Assembly: GCA_965228475.1 (NCBI GenBank)
Contig: OZ245817.1
Location: 4,512,001 to 4,576,000, forward strand
Origin: Myxococcota bacterium
GTDB lineage: Bacteria; Myxococcota_A; UBA9160; JAFDDA01
Length of the DNA stretch: 64,000 nt
Direction of reading: 5' to 3'
Below the pieces are notes generated by a model, which was not told the DNA's origin, did no database searches, and saw only the letters and a list, made by a program, of their open reading frames with translations. Of this stretch, positions 1 through 9,761 are shown in pieces. Numbering within the stretch: the first letter of the stretch is position 1; each line of letters starts with the position of its first letter. A program made the translations under genes and the position numbers.

Positions 1-889
1 CGCGATCCGAGGAGAAGCCCTTGTGGTACTTCACGTCGCCGGAGCCGAAGGGCGTCTCGAGCAGCGGCGAGTCCTCGAACTCCGAGAAGATCGATGCGTA
101 GCTCTTGCCGAGGATGTTCGAGAGCACGTTCAGCCGCCCGCGGTGGGCCATGCCGAGCACGATCTCCCGCACGCCCTGGTCCGGCGAATCCTCGACGAGG
201 GTGTCGAGGATCGGGATCATGGATTCCGCACCTTCCAGGCTGAAGCGCTTCTGCCCGAGGAACTTGGTGTGGAGGAAGCGCTCGAACTGCTCCGCCGCGG
301 TGACCTTCTCGAGGATGCGCAGCCGTTCGTCGCGCGTGAACTCCGTGTGGTTCTCCGACTCTTCGACGCGCTGCTGGAGCCAGGCCTTGCGGTCCGGATT
401 CTGGAGATAGGTGAACTCGACGGCGACGCGGCGGCAGTACGTCGCCTTCACGCGTTCGAGGATGCGCCGCAGGGGCTGGGTCGGTCCGCCCGGGAGATCG
501 CCGGACATGAACTCGCGGTCGAGATCCTCGGGCGTGAAGCCGTAGTGGGCCGGGTCGAGCTCCGGGAAGTAGCCGACGTCCTGGTCCGCGAGCGGATCGA
601 TGTCGGCGATGCGATGCCCGCGGGCGCGGTACATGTGGATCATGCGAAGCGCGCGCGCGTGCTTCTGTGCGGCTTCCGGGGAGAGCTCACCTCCCGAGCG
701 GCTCGCCGCACCGCTCGCGGCGGGCGTCGAGTGGCGGAACACCTCGGACCACTCTTCGCCGAGCGAGTCCGGGTCGACCTGGTACTGACCGCGGAGGTCT
801 TCGACGAAGCCGGCGTTCATGCCGAGCGAAGCGAGCGGATCTTCCTCCGCCGGGCTGGCGTTGGCCGTTCGCGACTTCCCATCCTTCAT
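1..889 (-). CDS. sucA: 2-oxoglutarate dehydrogenase E1 component, N-terminal part (runs off window start)
   Basis: Manual reverse translation from ATG at 889 gives MKDGKS...MNAGFVEDLRGQY...YRARGHRIADIDPL...KFLGQKRFSLEGAES...GMAHRGRLNVL...GSGDVKYHKG, the hallmark SucA motifs. Absent from the ORF track because there is no stop in the window. Confidence 0.96.
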   Translation of the reverse strand, partial: MKDGKSRTANASPAEEDPLASLGMNAGFVEDLRGQYQVDPDSLGEEWSEVFRHSTPAASGAASRSGGELSPEAAQKHARALRMIHMYRARGHRIADIDPLADQDVGYFPELDPAHYGFTPEDLDREFMSGDLPGGPTQPLRRILERVKATYCRRVAVEFTYLQNPDRKAWLQQRVEESENHTEFTRDERLRILEKVTAAEQFERFLHTKFLGQKRFSLEGAESMIPILDTLVEDSPDQGVREIVLGMAHRGRLNVLSNILGKSYASIFSEFEDSPLLETPFGSGDVKYHKGFSSDR

Positions 890-1101
890 GACGCGCCGAT
901 CCCCTCTCGTTCGTCTTCCCGGGCAAACTAACCCATCGGTTCGGCCGGGCGCTGGCTCAAGGCACCCCGCCCTGGTGGGTTCCCCGGACGGCCACGGGGG
1001 TTTCCCGGGCGGCTCTCGCGGCCCCCTGGAATGGACGTCGACAGGGCCGCTCGGGTTCAGTGTAGACTGGGCGGAACGAGCACGCGTGAGGAGGACCGAC
1101 C

Positions 1102-1656
1102 ATGATGCTCCGAACCCTCGCCGCCGCCGCCGCTCTCTCGCTCCCCCTGGCCTGCGGACCCGACCCCGAACGAAGCGAAGCCGACGCCCTGCCCGACGTC
1201 GCGGCGGCCCCGGCGCCCTTCTCGGGCACCTTCCGCGTCAGCGGGCGGACCATCGACGAAGCGAGCGGTGCCGCCCGGGACATCGCCGGCACCATCGTCC
1301 TGGCCCAGGAGGGCGAGAACTACACGGCGAGCTTCGAGCTCGAGACGCTCTTCCCGACCCCCGACGGCAGCGCCACCGAGGCCCAGGTGGTCGGAACCGG
1401 CAAGGGTCAGCTCGAGAGCGGAGAGCTCGTCGGGACGGCCGAGACCCAGATCATCCTGGCCCAGGTGCCGGGGGTGGACGCGGACTTCGCCTTCCTGCCC
1501 CGACAGTACGGCCCCCGCATCACCTCGGAGTCCCGGACCCGGGTGAACCGCGACGGGTCGCTGACGATCGAGATCCAGAGCCGGGCCGCCGAAGGCGAGA
1601 GCTACCGCGCCACGCGGACCACCGTCCGCGGCACGCGGATCTCGCCGAGCCGCTAG
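1102..1656 (+). CDS. hypothetical lipoprotein
   Basis: GAGGAGG SD; signal peptide with lipobox-like PLAC; beta-strand-rich mature part. Confidence 0.75.
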   Translation: MMLRTLAAAAALSLPLACGPDPERSEADALPDVAAAPAPFSGTFRVSGRTIDEASGAARDIAGTIVLAQEGENYTASFELETLFPTPDGSATEAQVVGTGKGQLESGELVGTAETQIILAQVPGVDADFAFLPRQYGPRITSESRTRVNRDGSLTIEIQSRAAEGESYRATRTTVRGTRISPSR

Positions 1657-1678
1657 CCGGGCTCGCCGGGCAGGACGG

Positions 1679-2890
1679 TCAGCCCTCCGCGAGGAGGGCG
1701 TCGATCTCGGACTCGCCGAGGCCGGCCTCCGCGAGCACGGCCCGGGTGTCGGCTCCGAGCGGCGAGGCGGCCGCCGGGCGCCGCAGGTCGTGGCCGTCGA
1801 TGCGGATCGGGCAGGTGATCGTCTCGAAGCGCCCGGCCTCGGCGTGCTCGAGCTCGTGGAAGTAGCCGTGCTCCCGGGCGCTCGGGTCGTTCGGGACCTC
1901 GTCGATCCGCTTGACCGGCGCCCAGATCAGCCGGGCCTCGCCGAGCACCTTCTCCCACTCCTCGAGGGTCCGCTTCACGAAGGTGGTCTCGAGCTCCGTC
2001 ACCAGCTCCGCGGCGTTGGCCGTGCGCGCCCAGCCGTCCGCGAAGCGCTCGTCGGCGAGGAGGTCCTCCCGGCCGATGGCCCGACAGAACGTGTCCCAAT
2101 AGCGGTCCGGCTCGATCATGCAGAGCATGAGCCAGCGGTCCTCCCCCGCGACGGGGTAGGTGTTCCAGAGCGGGTTGGTCGGCGCCTTGCGATCGTGGCG
2201 CTTCGGGGCCTGGCCGGTCACGAGCGAGTTCGCGGCGTCGTTGCCGAGGATGTGCAGGGCGGTGTTGCGCAGGGAGACGTCGACGTAGGTGCCCTTCCCC
2301 GTCCGCTCGCGCTCGCGCAGTGCCGCGAGCACGCCGACCACGAGGTTGCTCGCCGCCGCGTGGTCGCCGATTCCGGGCCGCTGCATCGAAGGCGGAACGC
2401 CCTCGTCCCGGATCAGGTCCATCAGCCCGCCGCGGGCCCAGTACGCCGTGTAGTCGAAGGCCGGCTCGTTCTCGCGCGGCCCGCCGAGGCCGTACCCGCT
2501 GATGCCGCCGATCACGAGGGAGGGCTTTCGCGCGAGGAGCGTCTCGTGGTCGAGCCCGTACTTGCGGCGACGCTCGGGCAGGAGGTTCGTGATCATCACG
2601 TCGGCGTCGTCGATCACCCGAAGCAGGGCCTCGCGCACGTCGGCGCGCCGCAGGTCGAGGGCGACGGAGCGCTTGCCGCGGTTGTCCATCTGGAACGCCG
2701 GGGATTCCGGGAAGTCCGAATCGAAGCCCTGGAAGGCGGGCCGGCCCTTGCGGTAGATCTCGCCGTTCGGGACCTCGACCTTCACGACGTTGGCGCCGAG
2801 ATCCGCGAGCATCGCGCCCGCCGCCGGGACGGCGACGAAGCTCGCCACCTCGACGACGCGAAGATCGGAAAGCAGGCCGGTCGAACTCAT
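1679..2890 (-). CDS. family III CoA-transferase (CaiB/BaiF)
   Basis: LSDLRVVEVASFVAVP..LADLGANVVKVE, NRGKRSVALDL, ISGYGLGGP..PAFD; start after AAGGAGG SD, overlapping the upstream stop. Confidence 0.93.
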   Translation of the reverse strand: MSSTGLLSDLRVVEVASFVAVPAAGAMLADLGANVVKVEVPNGEIYRKGRPAFQGFDSDFPESPAFQMDNRGKRSVALDLRRADVREALLRVIDDADVMITNLLPERRRKYGLDHETLLARKPSLVIGGISGYGLGGPRENEPAFDYTAYWARGGLMDLIRDEGVPPSMQRPGIGDHAAASNLVVGVLAALRERERTGKGTYVDVSLRNTALHILGNDAANSLVTGQAPKRHDRKAPTNPLWNTYPVAGEDRWLMLCMIEPDRYWDTFCRAIGREDLLADERFADGWARTANAAELVTELETTFVKRTLEEWEKVLGEARLIWAPVKRIDEVPNDPSAREHGYFHELEHAEAGRFETITCPIRIDGHDLRRPAAASPLGADTRAVLAEAGLGESEIDALLAEG

Positions 2891-3957
2891 GCAGCACCTC
2901 CTTGGCTCGAAGCGGGCTCCCATTCTACCCATGCGCCGTGGTGCTGTGCGCGCCCGAGCAGGCGATCCTCTCCGCCGGGCCACGTCCGCAGGCGGATCTC
3001 GACGTACTTCATGTGGGGCGGCTCGCTGCGCAGCCAGGCGAGCGGCGCCCGCGGCGTCGCCCGGGCGCCGGCGGCCTCCACGGCCGCCCGGATGCGCTCC
3101 TGTTCGGGGCGCGGGACGTACCACCACATGGTCGAGTGGTGAAGCACCGTCGCCTGGCCCTCGGGGAGCTCCGCCAGCTCGCGCTCGACGAAGTCGCCCG
3201 CGAAGGCCTCCTCGATGGGCGCCGGGCCGGGCAGCGCCTTCGCGGCGCCGTCCAGGAGCGCCAGGCGATCGGTCTGGTCGGCCCAATAGAAGCTCTGAAT
3301 GAAGCGGAGCTGCTCGGGATCCGTCGCGTCGATGGGCGCGAGGTCGCAACCCTTGCGCGAGGCGATCTCGACCGGCGTGTCGAGCGCCGGCGCGGGCCCG
3401 CTCCAATCGCAGGCGAGAACGAGCGGCGCCTTCGGATCGCCCCAGCGGTGGGGACCGAGTTCGTAGCGATAGCGATCCCAGTACAGGATCAGGCCGGCGC
3501 TGCTCCCGATCTCCCGCAGCCGGAGCGGGAGTCCGGTCTCGCGCGCCACCTGGAGAAAGCCCCCGAGCAGACCGCAGCAGCGGCGCACCTCGTTCGTCTG
3601 CACCTGGCGCTTCATGCGCGGCGCGATGTCTTCGAGGTGTTCGTCCATGGCCGCGATGAAGGCGTCGCCGAGCTCCGGCCAGCGCGGCGTGCCGCCGCCG
3701 AAGGGGTGGAAGCGCGCGAGCTCCGGGGCCTTGCCTTCGAGCAACAGGCCCTGCACCGCGCCGAGCACGCGCTGGGGCATGGCGTCCAGGACGGGATGGC
3801 CATCGAAGTGCTCGAGCAGACGCTCGGTGGGCCCGTGCGCAGCGAGGTCGTCCGCGCAGCGCTCCATCAGCCGCCCGGCGATCCCGGACGTCTCCGCCGA
3901 GGTGACGGCCTGCTGGCGAAGCGCACCCAGGAGGGCCTCGAAGCGTTCCGGGGACAT
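2887..3957 (-). CDS. DUF2332 family protein
   Basis: QTNEVRRC, EIGSSAGL, GCDLAPID and C-terminal HHGAWVEW motifs typical of DUF2332. Confidence 0.85.
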   Translation of the reverse strand: MSPERFEALLGALRQQAVTSAETSGIAGRLMERCADDLAAHGPTERLLEHFDGHPVLDAMPQRVLGAVQGLLLEGKAPELARFHPFGGGTPRWPELGDAFIAAMDEHLEDIAPRMKRQVQTNEVRRCCGLLGGFLQVARETGLPLRLREIGSSAGLILYWDRYRYELGPHRWGDPKAPLVLACDWSGPAPALDTPVEIASRKGCDLAPIDATDPEQLRFIQSFYWADQTDRLALLDGAAKALPGPAPIEEAFAGDFVERELAELPEGQATVLHHSTMWWYVPRPEQERIRAAVEAAGARATPRAPLAWLRSEPPHMKYVEIRLRTWPGGEDRLLGRAQHHGAWVEWEPASSQGGAA

Positions 3958-4310
3958 CAGGGGGCGGGAGCCAGGACTGCGAGAACGAGCAGGCGGCCGG
4001 CGCCACTGTTCCGGATGCCGTGGGGCACGCCCTCGGGCGCGACCAGCATCACGCCGGCGGACATGGGCACCTCCTCGCCCTCGAGCAGGAAGATGCCCTC
4101 GCCTTCGAGGACGTGATAAACCTTGTCCATCCCTTCGTGGGAGTGGAGCGCGTGCTCCTGCCCCGGCTCGAAGGCGTTCAGGCCGACCATCACCCGGTCG
4201 GACCGGAAGATCGTGGCCTTGCCCATCTTCTCCGGGTTGTAGACCGCGTAGCGTTCCGGGCGAAGAGGGACGGGATGGTTCGCGGGGGGATCGAGGGGTT
4301 GGTCCGCCAT
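3957..4310 (-). CDS. cupin domain protein
   Basis: HALHSHEGMDKVYHVLEGEG...PEGVPHGIRN cupin motifs; start at ATG 4310 with TAACAT 7 nt upstream. Confidence 0.88.
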   Translation of the reverse strand: MADQPLDPPANHPVPLRPERYAVYNPEKMGKATIFRSDRVMVGLNAFEPGQEHALHSHEGMDKVYHVLEGEGIFLLEGEEVPMSAGVMLVAPEGVPHGIRNSGAGRLLVLAVLAPAP

Positions 4311-4344
4311 GGCGACGATGTTATCGCGCGAGCCCGAACCGGCC

Positions 4345-5241
4345 ATGACGCTCGAGGAGTGGCGCGCGGCCGGCGCCGAGTTCCGCTTCAACGGCCGCCG
4401 CATCTTCTACGCGAGCGAGGGCCTCGGTGCCCAGGGCGAGGCCCTCGTCCTGGTCCACGGTTTCCCGACGGCGTCCTGGGATTGGCACCGCGTGTGGGGT
4501 CCGCTCGCGGACCGCTTCCGCGTGATCGCGCCGGACATGCTCGGCTTCGGGTTCAGCGAGAAGCCGGACCCGCACGTCTACTCCATCGCCGAGCAGGCCG
4601 ATCTCCACGAAGACCTGCTCGACCTCCTCGCCGTCGACCGCGTCCACATCCTCGCGCACGACTACGGGGATACCGTGACCCAGGAGTGGCTCGCGCGCGC
4701 CGTCGAGGGAACGGCCCGGCAGAAGATCCAATCGGTGTGCCTGCTGAACGGCGGGCTCTTCCCGGAGGTCCACCGCCCCCGCTTCGTCCAGAAACTCCTC
4801 GCCGGGCGCTTCGGGCCCTGGTTCTCGAAGCTCAGCAACGAGCGGGGCTTCGCGCGCAGCTTCTCGGCCGTCTTCGCCGAGGACACGCGGCCGACGCGCG
4901 CCGAGCTGCGCGACTTCTGGCGCCTGCTCACGGAGAACGACGGCCACCGCATCGGACACCTGCTGATCCGCTACCTCGAGGAGCGTGAGACGAACCGCGA
5001 GCGCTGGGTGGGGGCTCTCGTCGAGGCGAAGCAGCACGGCATCCCGCTGCGCTTCGTCAACGGCGCCGAGGACCCGGTCTCCGGCGCCCACATGCTCACG
5101 CGCTATCGCGCCGTGGTGCCCGACGCCGACTGGATTTCCCTCGACGCCATCGGCCACTATCCCCAGGTCGAGAGCCCGAAGGGCGTGCTGCGCGCGTACT
5201 TCGGCTTCTTGCGCCGCCACGGATTCCTACCCGAGGAGTAG
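4345..5241 (+). CDS. alpha/beta hydrolase, epoxide-hydrolase/MEST-like
   Basis: HGFPTASWDW oxyanion motif, DMLGFGFS, AHDYGD (Asp nucleophile), GHYPQ; start uncertain (4309-4345). Confidence 0.88.
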   Translation: MTLEEWRAAGAEFRFNGRRIFYASEGLGAQGEALVLVHGFPTASWDWHRVWGPLADRFRVIAPDMLGFGFSEKPDPHVYSIAEQADLHEDLLDLLAVDRVHILAHDYGDTVTQEWLARAVEGTARQKIQSVCLLNGGLFPEVHRPRFVQKLLAGRFGPWFSKLSNERGFARSFSAVFAEDTRPTRAELRDFWRLLTENDGHRIGHLLIRYLEERETNRERWVGALVEAKQHGIPLRFVNGAEDPVSGAHMLTRYRAVVPDADWISLDAIGHYPQVESPKGVLRAYFGFLRRHGFLPEE

Positions 5242-5249
5242 AACGCCCC

Positions 5250-5630
5250 ATGGAACCCACCCTGCTCTTGACCTGCGCCGCGATCGGATTCTTCGCCGGA
5301 GGCATCGGCGGCCTGCTCGGCGTCGGCGGCGGCATCATCATGGTGCCGGCCTTCATCCGCTTCCTCGACCTGCCCGCTTCCCATGCCGTGGCGACCTCCA
5401 TCACGGTGATCGTCTTCATCTCGCTCTCGGCGGCGCTGAAGCATCACCAGCAGGGCAGCACGCAGTGGGGGATCGTCGCCCTGGTCGTGGTGACCTCCGT
5501 GGTGGGGAGCTGGCTCGGGGCGGCCTTCACCGACGACGTGCCCGAGCGCACGCTGCGCCTCGGCTTCGCCGCCTTCCTCATGGTCGTCTCCCTCGACATG
5601 GCCAGCCGGGCCTGGAAGCTCCCGCACTAG
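5250..5630 (+). CDS. half-size sulfite exporter TauE/SafE (TSUP) family membrane protein
   Basis: GGLLGVGGGIIMVP, AVATS motif, about 4 TM helices in 126 aa. Confidence 0.8.
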   Translation: MEPTLLLTCAAIGFFAGGIGGLLGVGGGIIMVPAFIRFLDLPASHAVATSITVIVFISLSAALKHHQQGSTQWGIVALVVVTSVVGSWLGAAFTDDVPERTLRLGFAAFLMVVSLDMASRAWKLPH

Positions 5631-5640
5631 CGACGCGTTC

Positions 5641-6225
5641 TCAGGAGGGACAGGGCGGCAGGCTCAGGGCGACGATGTCCGGCTTCGCATCCTCGTCGAA
5701 CATGCCGATCACCGTGGCGAAGCGCTGCACGGCGTAGACCTCGTGGCGCGCGCGGTGGGCCCGGTTGATGACGTCGCGGTCGTCGTGTCGTTCGGGCTGC
5801 ACGCAGGTGACGCTGCCCTTCCGCAGCATCTCGAGCTTCGCACCCGCGAGGCCGTGCGCCTCTTCCTTGGTGCCGGGCATCGTCACCCAGGGCGTGCCCT
5901 CGATGTCGACGACCCAGAGGCGGAGGTCTTCCGTCGGCGCCTTCAGGACGATCACCTCTTCGAGTTCGGACATCACCGCGTAGGCCGCCAGGAAGAACAC
6001 CACCGGCGTGACCAGGAGCGCCAGCATCCGTCCGGTGCGATGGCGGCCGATCATCAGCCAGGCACCGAGCGCGAGGGCGCCGAGGCCACCCAGGAGGTTC
6101 CCGCCTTCGGGCCAGTCGTAGGGGCCCGCGTGCTGCAATCGGACCAGGAAGACCGCCACCCCGAGCGCCAGCATCAGACTTCCGAGGGGCCGCGCCAGGC
6201 GACCGGCGACACCGCTTTCACTCAT
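5641..6225 (-). CDS. membrane protein with C-terminal DUF2255/split-barrel-like domain
   Basis: Starts MSESGVAG after GGGAG; 3 hydrophobic segments, then EEVIVL...LRLWVVDIEGTPWV. Confidence 0.6.
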   Translation of the reverse strand: MSESGVAGRLARPLGSLMLALGVAVFLVRLQHAGPYDWPEGGNLLGGLGALALGAWLMIGRHRTGRMLALLVTPVVFFLAAYAVMSELEEVIVLKAPTEDLRLWVVDIEGTPWVTMPGTKEEAHGLAGAKLEMLRKGSVTCVQPERHDDRDVINRAHRARHEVYAVQRFATVIGMFDEDAKPDIVALSLPPCPS

Positions 6226-6820
6226 CTCGTTTCTCCCGTTCTTCTTTCGTGGGCGCGGCGTCCTCGCCCCGGCGAAGAGCCAGGGCGTGGAAGGCCGAGG
6301 GTACGTCGTGATGGCACTTCGTGAGAAGGGCCGTGATGGCGAGCTGATCGATGGCGCAGACGACGAGAAAGAGCGCCGCGAAGCGGAAAACGGCGGGCTG
6401 GTCGAAGAGCAGGAGGAGCGGGACGCCCACGCCCATGAGCACGGCGTCGAGCTTCGCGGCGAGGGTGTGGAAGCCCGGGACTTCGCCGTAGCGGACGGTG
6501 GCGATGGCGGTCGGCGCGAGCAGGCAGACGAGCGCGAGCGCGACGTAGCCCGCCTCGCGCCGCACGATCTCCGGCCAGAGCCAGTAGGCCGCGAGCGGGA
6601 AGGAGGCCCAGATCGCGAAGTCGGCCCACTGGTCGAGCCGCGCGCCGAACTCCGACTCGAGGCCGTAGCGCCGCGCGACGACGCCATCGAGCACGTCCGA
6701 GAGCAATGCGAGGGCGAACAGCGCGAGGAACGGCGCCATCGCGCCCGTCCACGCGAGCCAGAGCAGCACGGGCGCGCTCGCCAACCGGAAGCTGCTCAAG
6801 GCGTTCGGAACTCGCGACAT
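6218..6820 (-). CDS. CDP-alcohol phosphatidyltransferase family protein
   Basis: PNALSSFRL and DVLDGVVARRYGLESEFGARLDQWAD signature. Confidence 0.9.
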   Translation of the reverse strand: MSRVPNALSSFRLASAPVLLWLAWTGAMAPFLALFALALLSDVLDGVVARRYGLESEFGARLDQWADFAIWASFPLAAYWLWPEIVRREAGYVALALVCLLAPTAIATVRYGEVPGFHTLAAKLDAVLMGVGVPLLLLFDQPAVFRFAALFLVVCAIDQLAITALLTKCHHDVPSAFHALALRRGEDAAPTKEEREKRDE

Positions 6821-6822
6821 CC

Positions 6823-7227
6823 CTAGGCCTCTTGGCGGACGCTTCGCATCGCCCGGCCGAGGGCCGCCAGGGCGAAACCGGGGAGCGAGAAGGCCAGGGC
6901 CATCGCAACGCCCGCGCGCCAACCGTAGCCACTCGGGCTGACCTCACTCCAGACGAGGTGGCTCAGTGCGACGTAGAAGGCGTAGACCGTGGCCGCGGGG
7001 AGGATCCAGGGGCGCTCGGCCCAGAAGGCCCAGGCCGCGACGGAGAAGATTGCCCAGTGCAAGGGCGCCGTGGCGATCGCCCAGAAGCCTCGGACCTCGA
7101 AGCCGAACCAGACCTCGACCTCGCGCACCTCGGGCAGGAACAGGTCGCGGTAAACGAGGAAGACGACCGTCGCGGCGCAGAAGACGGCCAGGGCGCGCAT
7201 CCAACCGCGCGCCGCGCGCGGCGTCAC
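6823..7227 (-). CDS. hypothetical membrane protein (about 4 TM)
   Basis: GTG start overlaps ggt stop (GTGA); hydrophobic, Trp-rich C-terminal part of ORF 6823..8184. Confidence 0.7.
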   Translation of the reverse strand: MTPRAARGWMRALAVFCAATVVFLVYRDLFLPEVREVEVWFGFEVRGFWAIATAPLHWAIFSVAAWAFWAERPWILPAATVYAFYVALSHLVWSEVSPSGYGWRAGVAMALAFSLPGFALAALGRAMRSVRQEA

Positions 7228-8735
7228 CGCACTTCCATCGCGCTGCCACCGCGGCGCGGGTCGCCCGCACCGTCGCGCCCGGGCTCGACGGCATGGACGC
7301 CGCCGAAGTAGACGTCGCGCTCCGGCCAGGCGTTCAGCGGTCCGAGCCCCGCGACGAGCCGCGCGGCCTCCGCGTCGACCGCCTCCGGCTCCGCCTGGAT
7401 CCGCTCGCCGTCCCAGTGCACGCGCGGCGCCTCGACGGCGTCCCGCGCGGACAGTCCGAAGTCGACCACGCTCGAGAGCACCTGGAAGATGGCCGTGCGG
7501 ATGCGCTTGCTGCCTCCGCTCCCGACGACGAGCCGCACGCGATCGTCTTCGAGCAGGACGCTCGGCGCCATCATCGATGCGACGCGCTCTCCGGGCGGGC
7601 TCGCGTGGAACCCGTCCGGGTGGAGATCGTCCTCTCCGAGCATGTTGTTCAGCATGATGCCCGTCCCGGGGACCACGTAGCCGGAACCCTCGCCGTTGCT
7701 CGTCGTCAAGCTCGCGACGTTGCCCTCGCGGTCGGCGACGGAGACGTGGGTGGTCCCGCGCTGGAACCGTCGGACGCGGCCCGTACCGCCTTCGAGCGCG
7801 ACGGCATCGGTCGAGAACGAGGGCACCTCGCCGGCCGCCCGCAGGCTCTCGACCTCCTGCATCACCGAGATCCACGCAGCGAGGTGTTCCGGGGAACCGA
7901 AGCGCACTCCGGCGAGGTCGATCTTCTCGAGCAGCGAGAAGGAAAGCGCGATGAGCGCCCCGCCGAGCGAAGGCGGCGGGTTCGTCAACACGCGCTGTCC
8001 ACGGTACTCGAACGAGAGAGGCTCCCGCGCGATCACGCGGTACGCCGACAGGTCCTCCCGTGTGACCAGGCCCGCTCCGCCATCCATGTCCTCGACCAGC
8101 CGCTCGGCCGTCACGCCTTCGTAGAAGCGCGAGCCGAGATCCTCCGGCAGGTTCTCGAGCGTCTCGGCCAGATCGGGATTGCACAGGAGCTCGCCTTCGG
8201 CGGGCGTGCGCCCCTTCGGCGCGAAGATCGCCGCGGCGCCGGGCGTCAGCGTGAGGATCGGCGCGAGGAGCGAGAGGAAGTACGCCTGGCGCGCGTTCAC
8301 CGGGACGCCCTCCCGGGCGAGCCGGACCGCCGGCGCGACGACCGACCGCAGCGAGAGCCGGCCGAGGGTTTCGTGGACCTGGAGGAATCCGGCGAGGTTG
8401 CCCGGAACGGCCACCGAACCGAGCCCCACGTTGAAGGTCTGCTCGGAGGCGGGGAACCGGAGGGTCACGGGGACGAAGTGGGGCTCGACGTCGGCCAGGG
8501 CCCGGCCACGCCCCGGAGTGTCGACGAAGAAATCGTAGACGCGGGCCCGGCCGTCGGCGGTGCGCGCCAGGAGGAAGCCACCGCCGCCGAGGCTCGTCAG
8601 CGCCGGCTCGGCCGCGGCGGCCGCGAAGCCCGCCGCCACCGCCGCATCGAAGGCGTTGCCGCCGGCCGAGAGGATCTCGGCCGCCGCCGCCGTGACGAGG
8701 GGGTGTCCGCTCGCGACCCGCCCGGAGCCGCCCAT
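7224..8735 (-). CDS. ggt: gamma-glutamyltransferase family protein (no signal peptide)
   Basis: ILSAGGNAFDAAVAA, SLGGGGF, VAVPG, TTHVSVAD (Thr nucleophile), LNNMLGE, GDPRRGG. Confidence 0.92.
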   Translation of the reverse strand: MGGSGRVASGHPLVTAAAAEILSAGGNAFDAAVAAGFAAAAAEPALTSLGGGGFLLARTADGRARVYDFFVDTPGRGRALADVEPHFVPVTLRFPASEQTFNVGLGSVAVPGNLAGFLQVHETLGRLSLRSVVAPAVRLAREGVPVNARQAYFLSLLAPILTLTPGAAAIFAPKGRTPAEGELLCNPDLAETLENLPEDLGSRFYEGVTAERLVEDMDGGAGLVTREDLSAYRVIAREPLSFEYRGQRVLTNPPPSLGGALIALSFSLLEKIDLAGVRFGSPEHLAAWISVMQEVESLRAAGEVPSFSTDAVALEGGTGRVRRFQRGTTHVSVADREGNVASLTTSNGEGSGYVVPGTGIMLNNMLGEDDLHPDGFHASPPGERVASMMAPSVLLEDDRVRLVVGSGGSKRIRTAIFQVLSSVVDFGLSARDAVEAPRVHWDGERIQAEPEAVDAEAARLVAGLGPLNAWPERDVYFGGVHAVEPGRDGAGDPRRGGSAMEVR

Positions 8736-9640
8736 CAGCCGCCGTCGCCTTTGCCGGTCTGGCGCGCCAGGGCTTCGCTCCCCGCGAGGTCGTCGACGAA
8801 CTGCCGCGCCGTCCGGCCCGAGCGCGAGGAGCGGTCGAGGGCGAAGCGCAGGGCCTCGGCCCGGAGGCGATCGGGGGGCACCTCGAGGCCGGCCTGCTTC
8901 GCGTAGTGCTCGACGATCTCGAGGTACGTCGGCTGCTTGAACCCGTAGAAGCCGAGCAGCAGACCGAAGCGATCCGAGAGCGCGAGCTTCTCCTCGACCG
9001 CCTCGCCCATGCGCAGCTCGCCGTCCTCGTCGAGATGGGCGCCGGCCGAATCGCTGCGCAGCTCGGGCATCAGGTGGCGGCGGTTGCTCGTCGCGACGAC
9101 GCGGACGTTCTCGGGCGGCGCTTCGACGCTTCCCTCGAGCGCCGCCTTGAGTTCCCGGTAGCTCGACTCCTGGTGATCGAAGGAGAGATCGTCGCAGAAG
9201 AGCAGGAAGCGGTAGGGCTGGCCGCGCAGCAGGGCGACGACTTCCGGCAGGTGCATCAGGTCGGCCTTGTGGACTTCGACGAGCCGCAGGCCGCGCTCGC
9301 CGAACCTCGGGACCAGGCCCTTCACCGCCGAGCTCTTCCCGGTGCCGCGCTCGCCGAACAGGAGGACGTGGTTGGCGGGCAGGCCCCGGACGAACTGTTC
9401 GGTGTTTCGCACGAGCTTGGCGAGGGCCGAATCGATGCCGAGCAGGTCGTCGAGGTCGAAGGTCGCGGGGTCCTGGACGGGGACGAGACGCCCTGCGCCG
9501 GCCACGACCTCCCAGCGGAAGACGTGAACCGTCTCGAACACGGCCGGATCGAACTCGGGCCCGACCGCCCGCGCGAGCGCGCGCTCGGCGAGGCGGAGCA
9601 CCCGCTGGAAGCTGTCGAGGAGTTCCGAGGCCCGGCCCAT
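8735..9640 (-). CDS. DUF815 family AAA+ ATP-binding protein
   Basis: ANHVLLFGERGTGKSS Walker A, FCDDLSF, ATSNRRHL, EEKLALSDRFGL, RSGRTARQF. Confidence 0.92.
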   Translation of the reverse strand: MGRASELLDSFQRVLRLAERALARAVGPEFDPAVFETVHVFRWEVVAGAGRLVPVQDPATFDLDDLLGIDSALAKLVRNTEQFVRGLPANHVLLFGERGTGKSSAVKGLVPRFGERGLRLVEVHKADLMHLPEVVALLRGQPYRFLLFCDDLSFDHQESSYRELKAALEGSVEAPPENVRVVATSNRRHLMPELRSDSAGAHLDEDGELRMGEAVEEKLALSDRFGLLLGFYGFKQPTYLEIVEHYAKQAGLEVPPDRLRAEALRFALDRSSRSGRTARQFVDDLAGSEALARQTGKGDGG

Positions 9641-9761
9641 GGCGGCGGATTGTAGACCCCGCCCGGCCGCCGGGCTCGCAGGAAGCGCAGCCCGACTCGC
9701 AGGCCAGCGCCCCGCGCCCACGCCCAGGGACGGCCGTAGACGGAAGCCGTAGACTCGGCAG

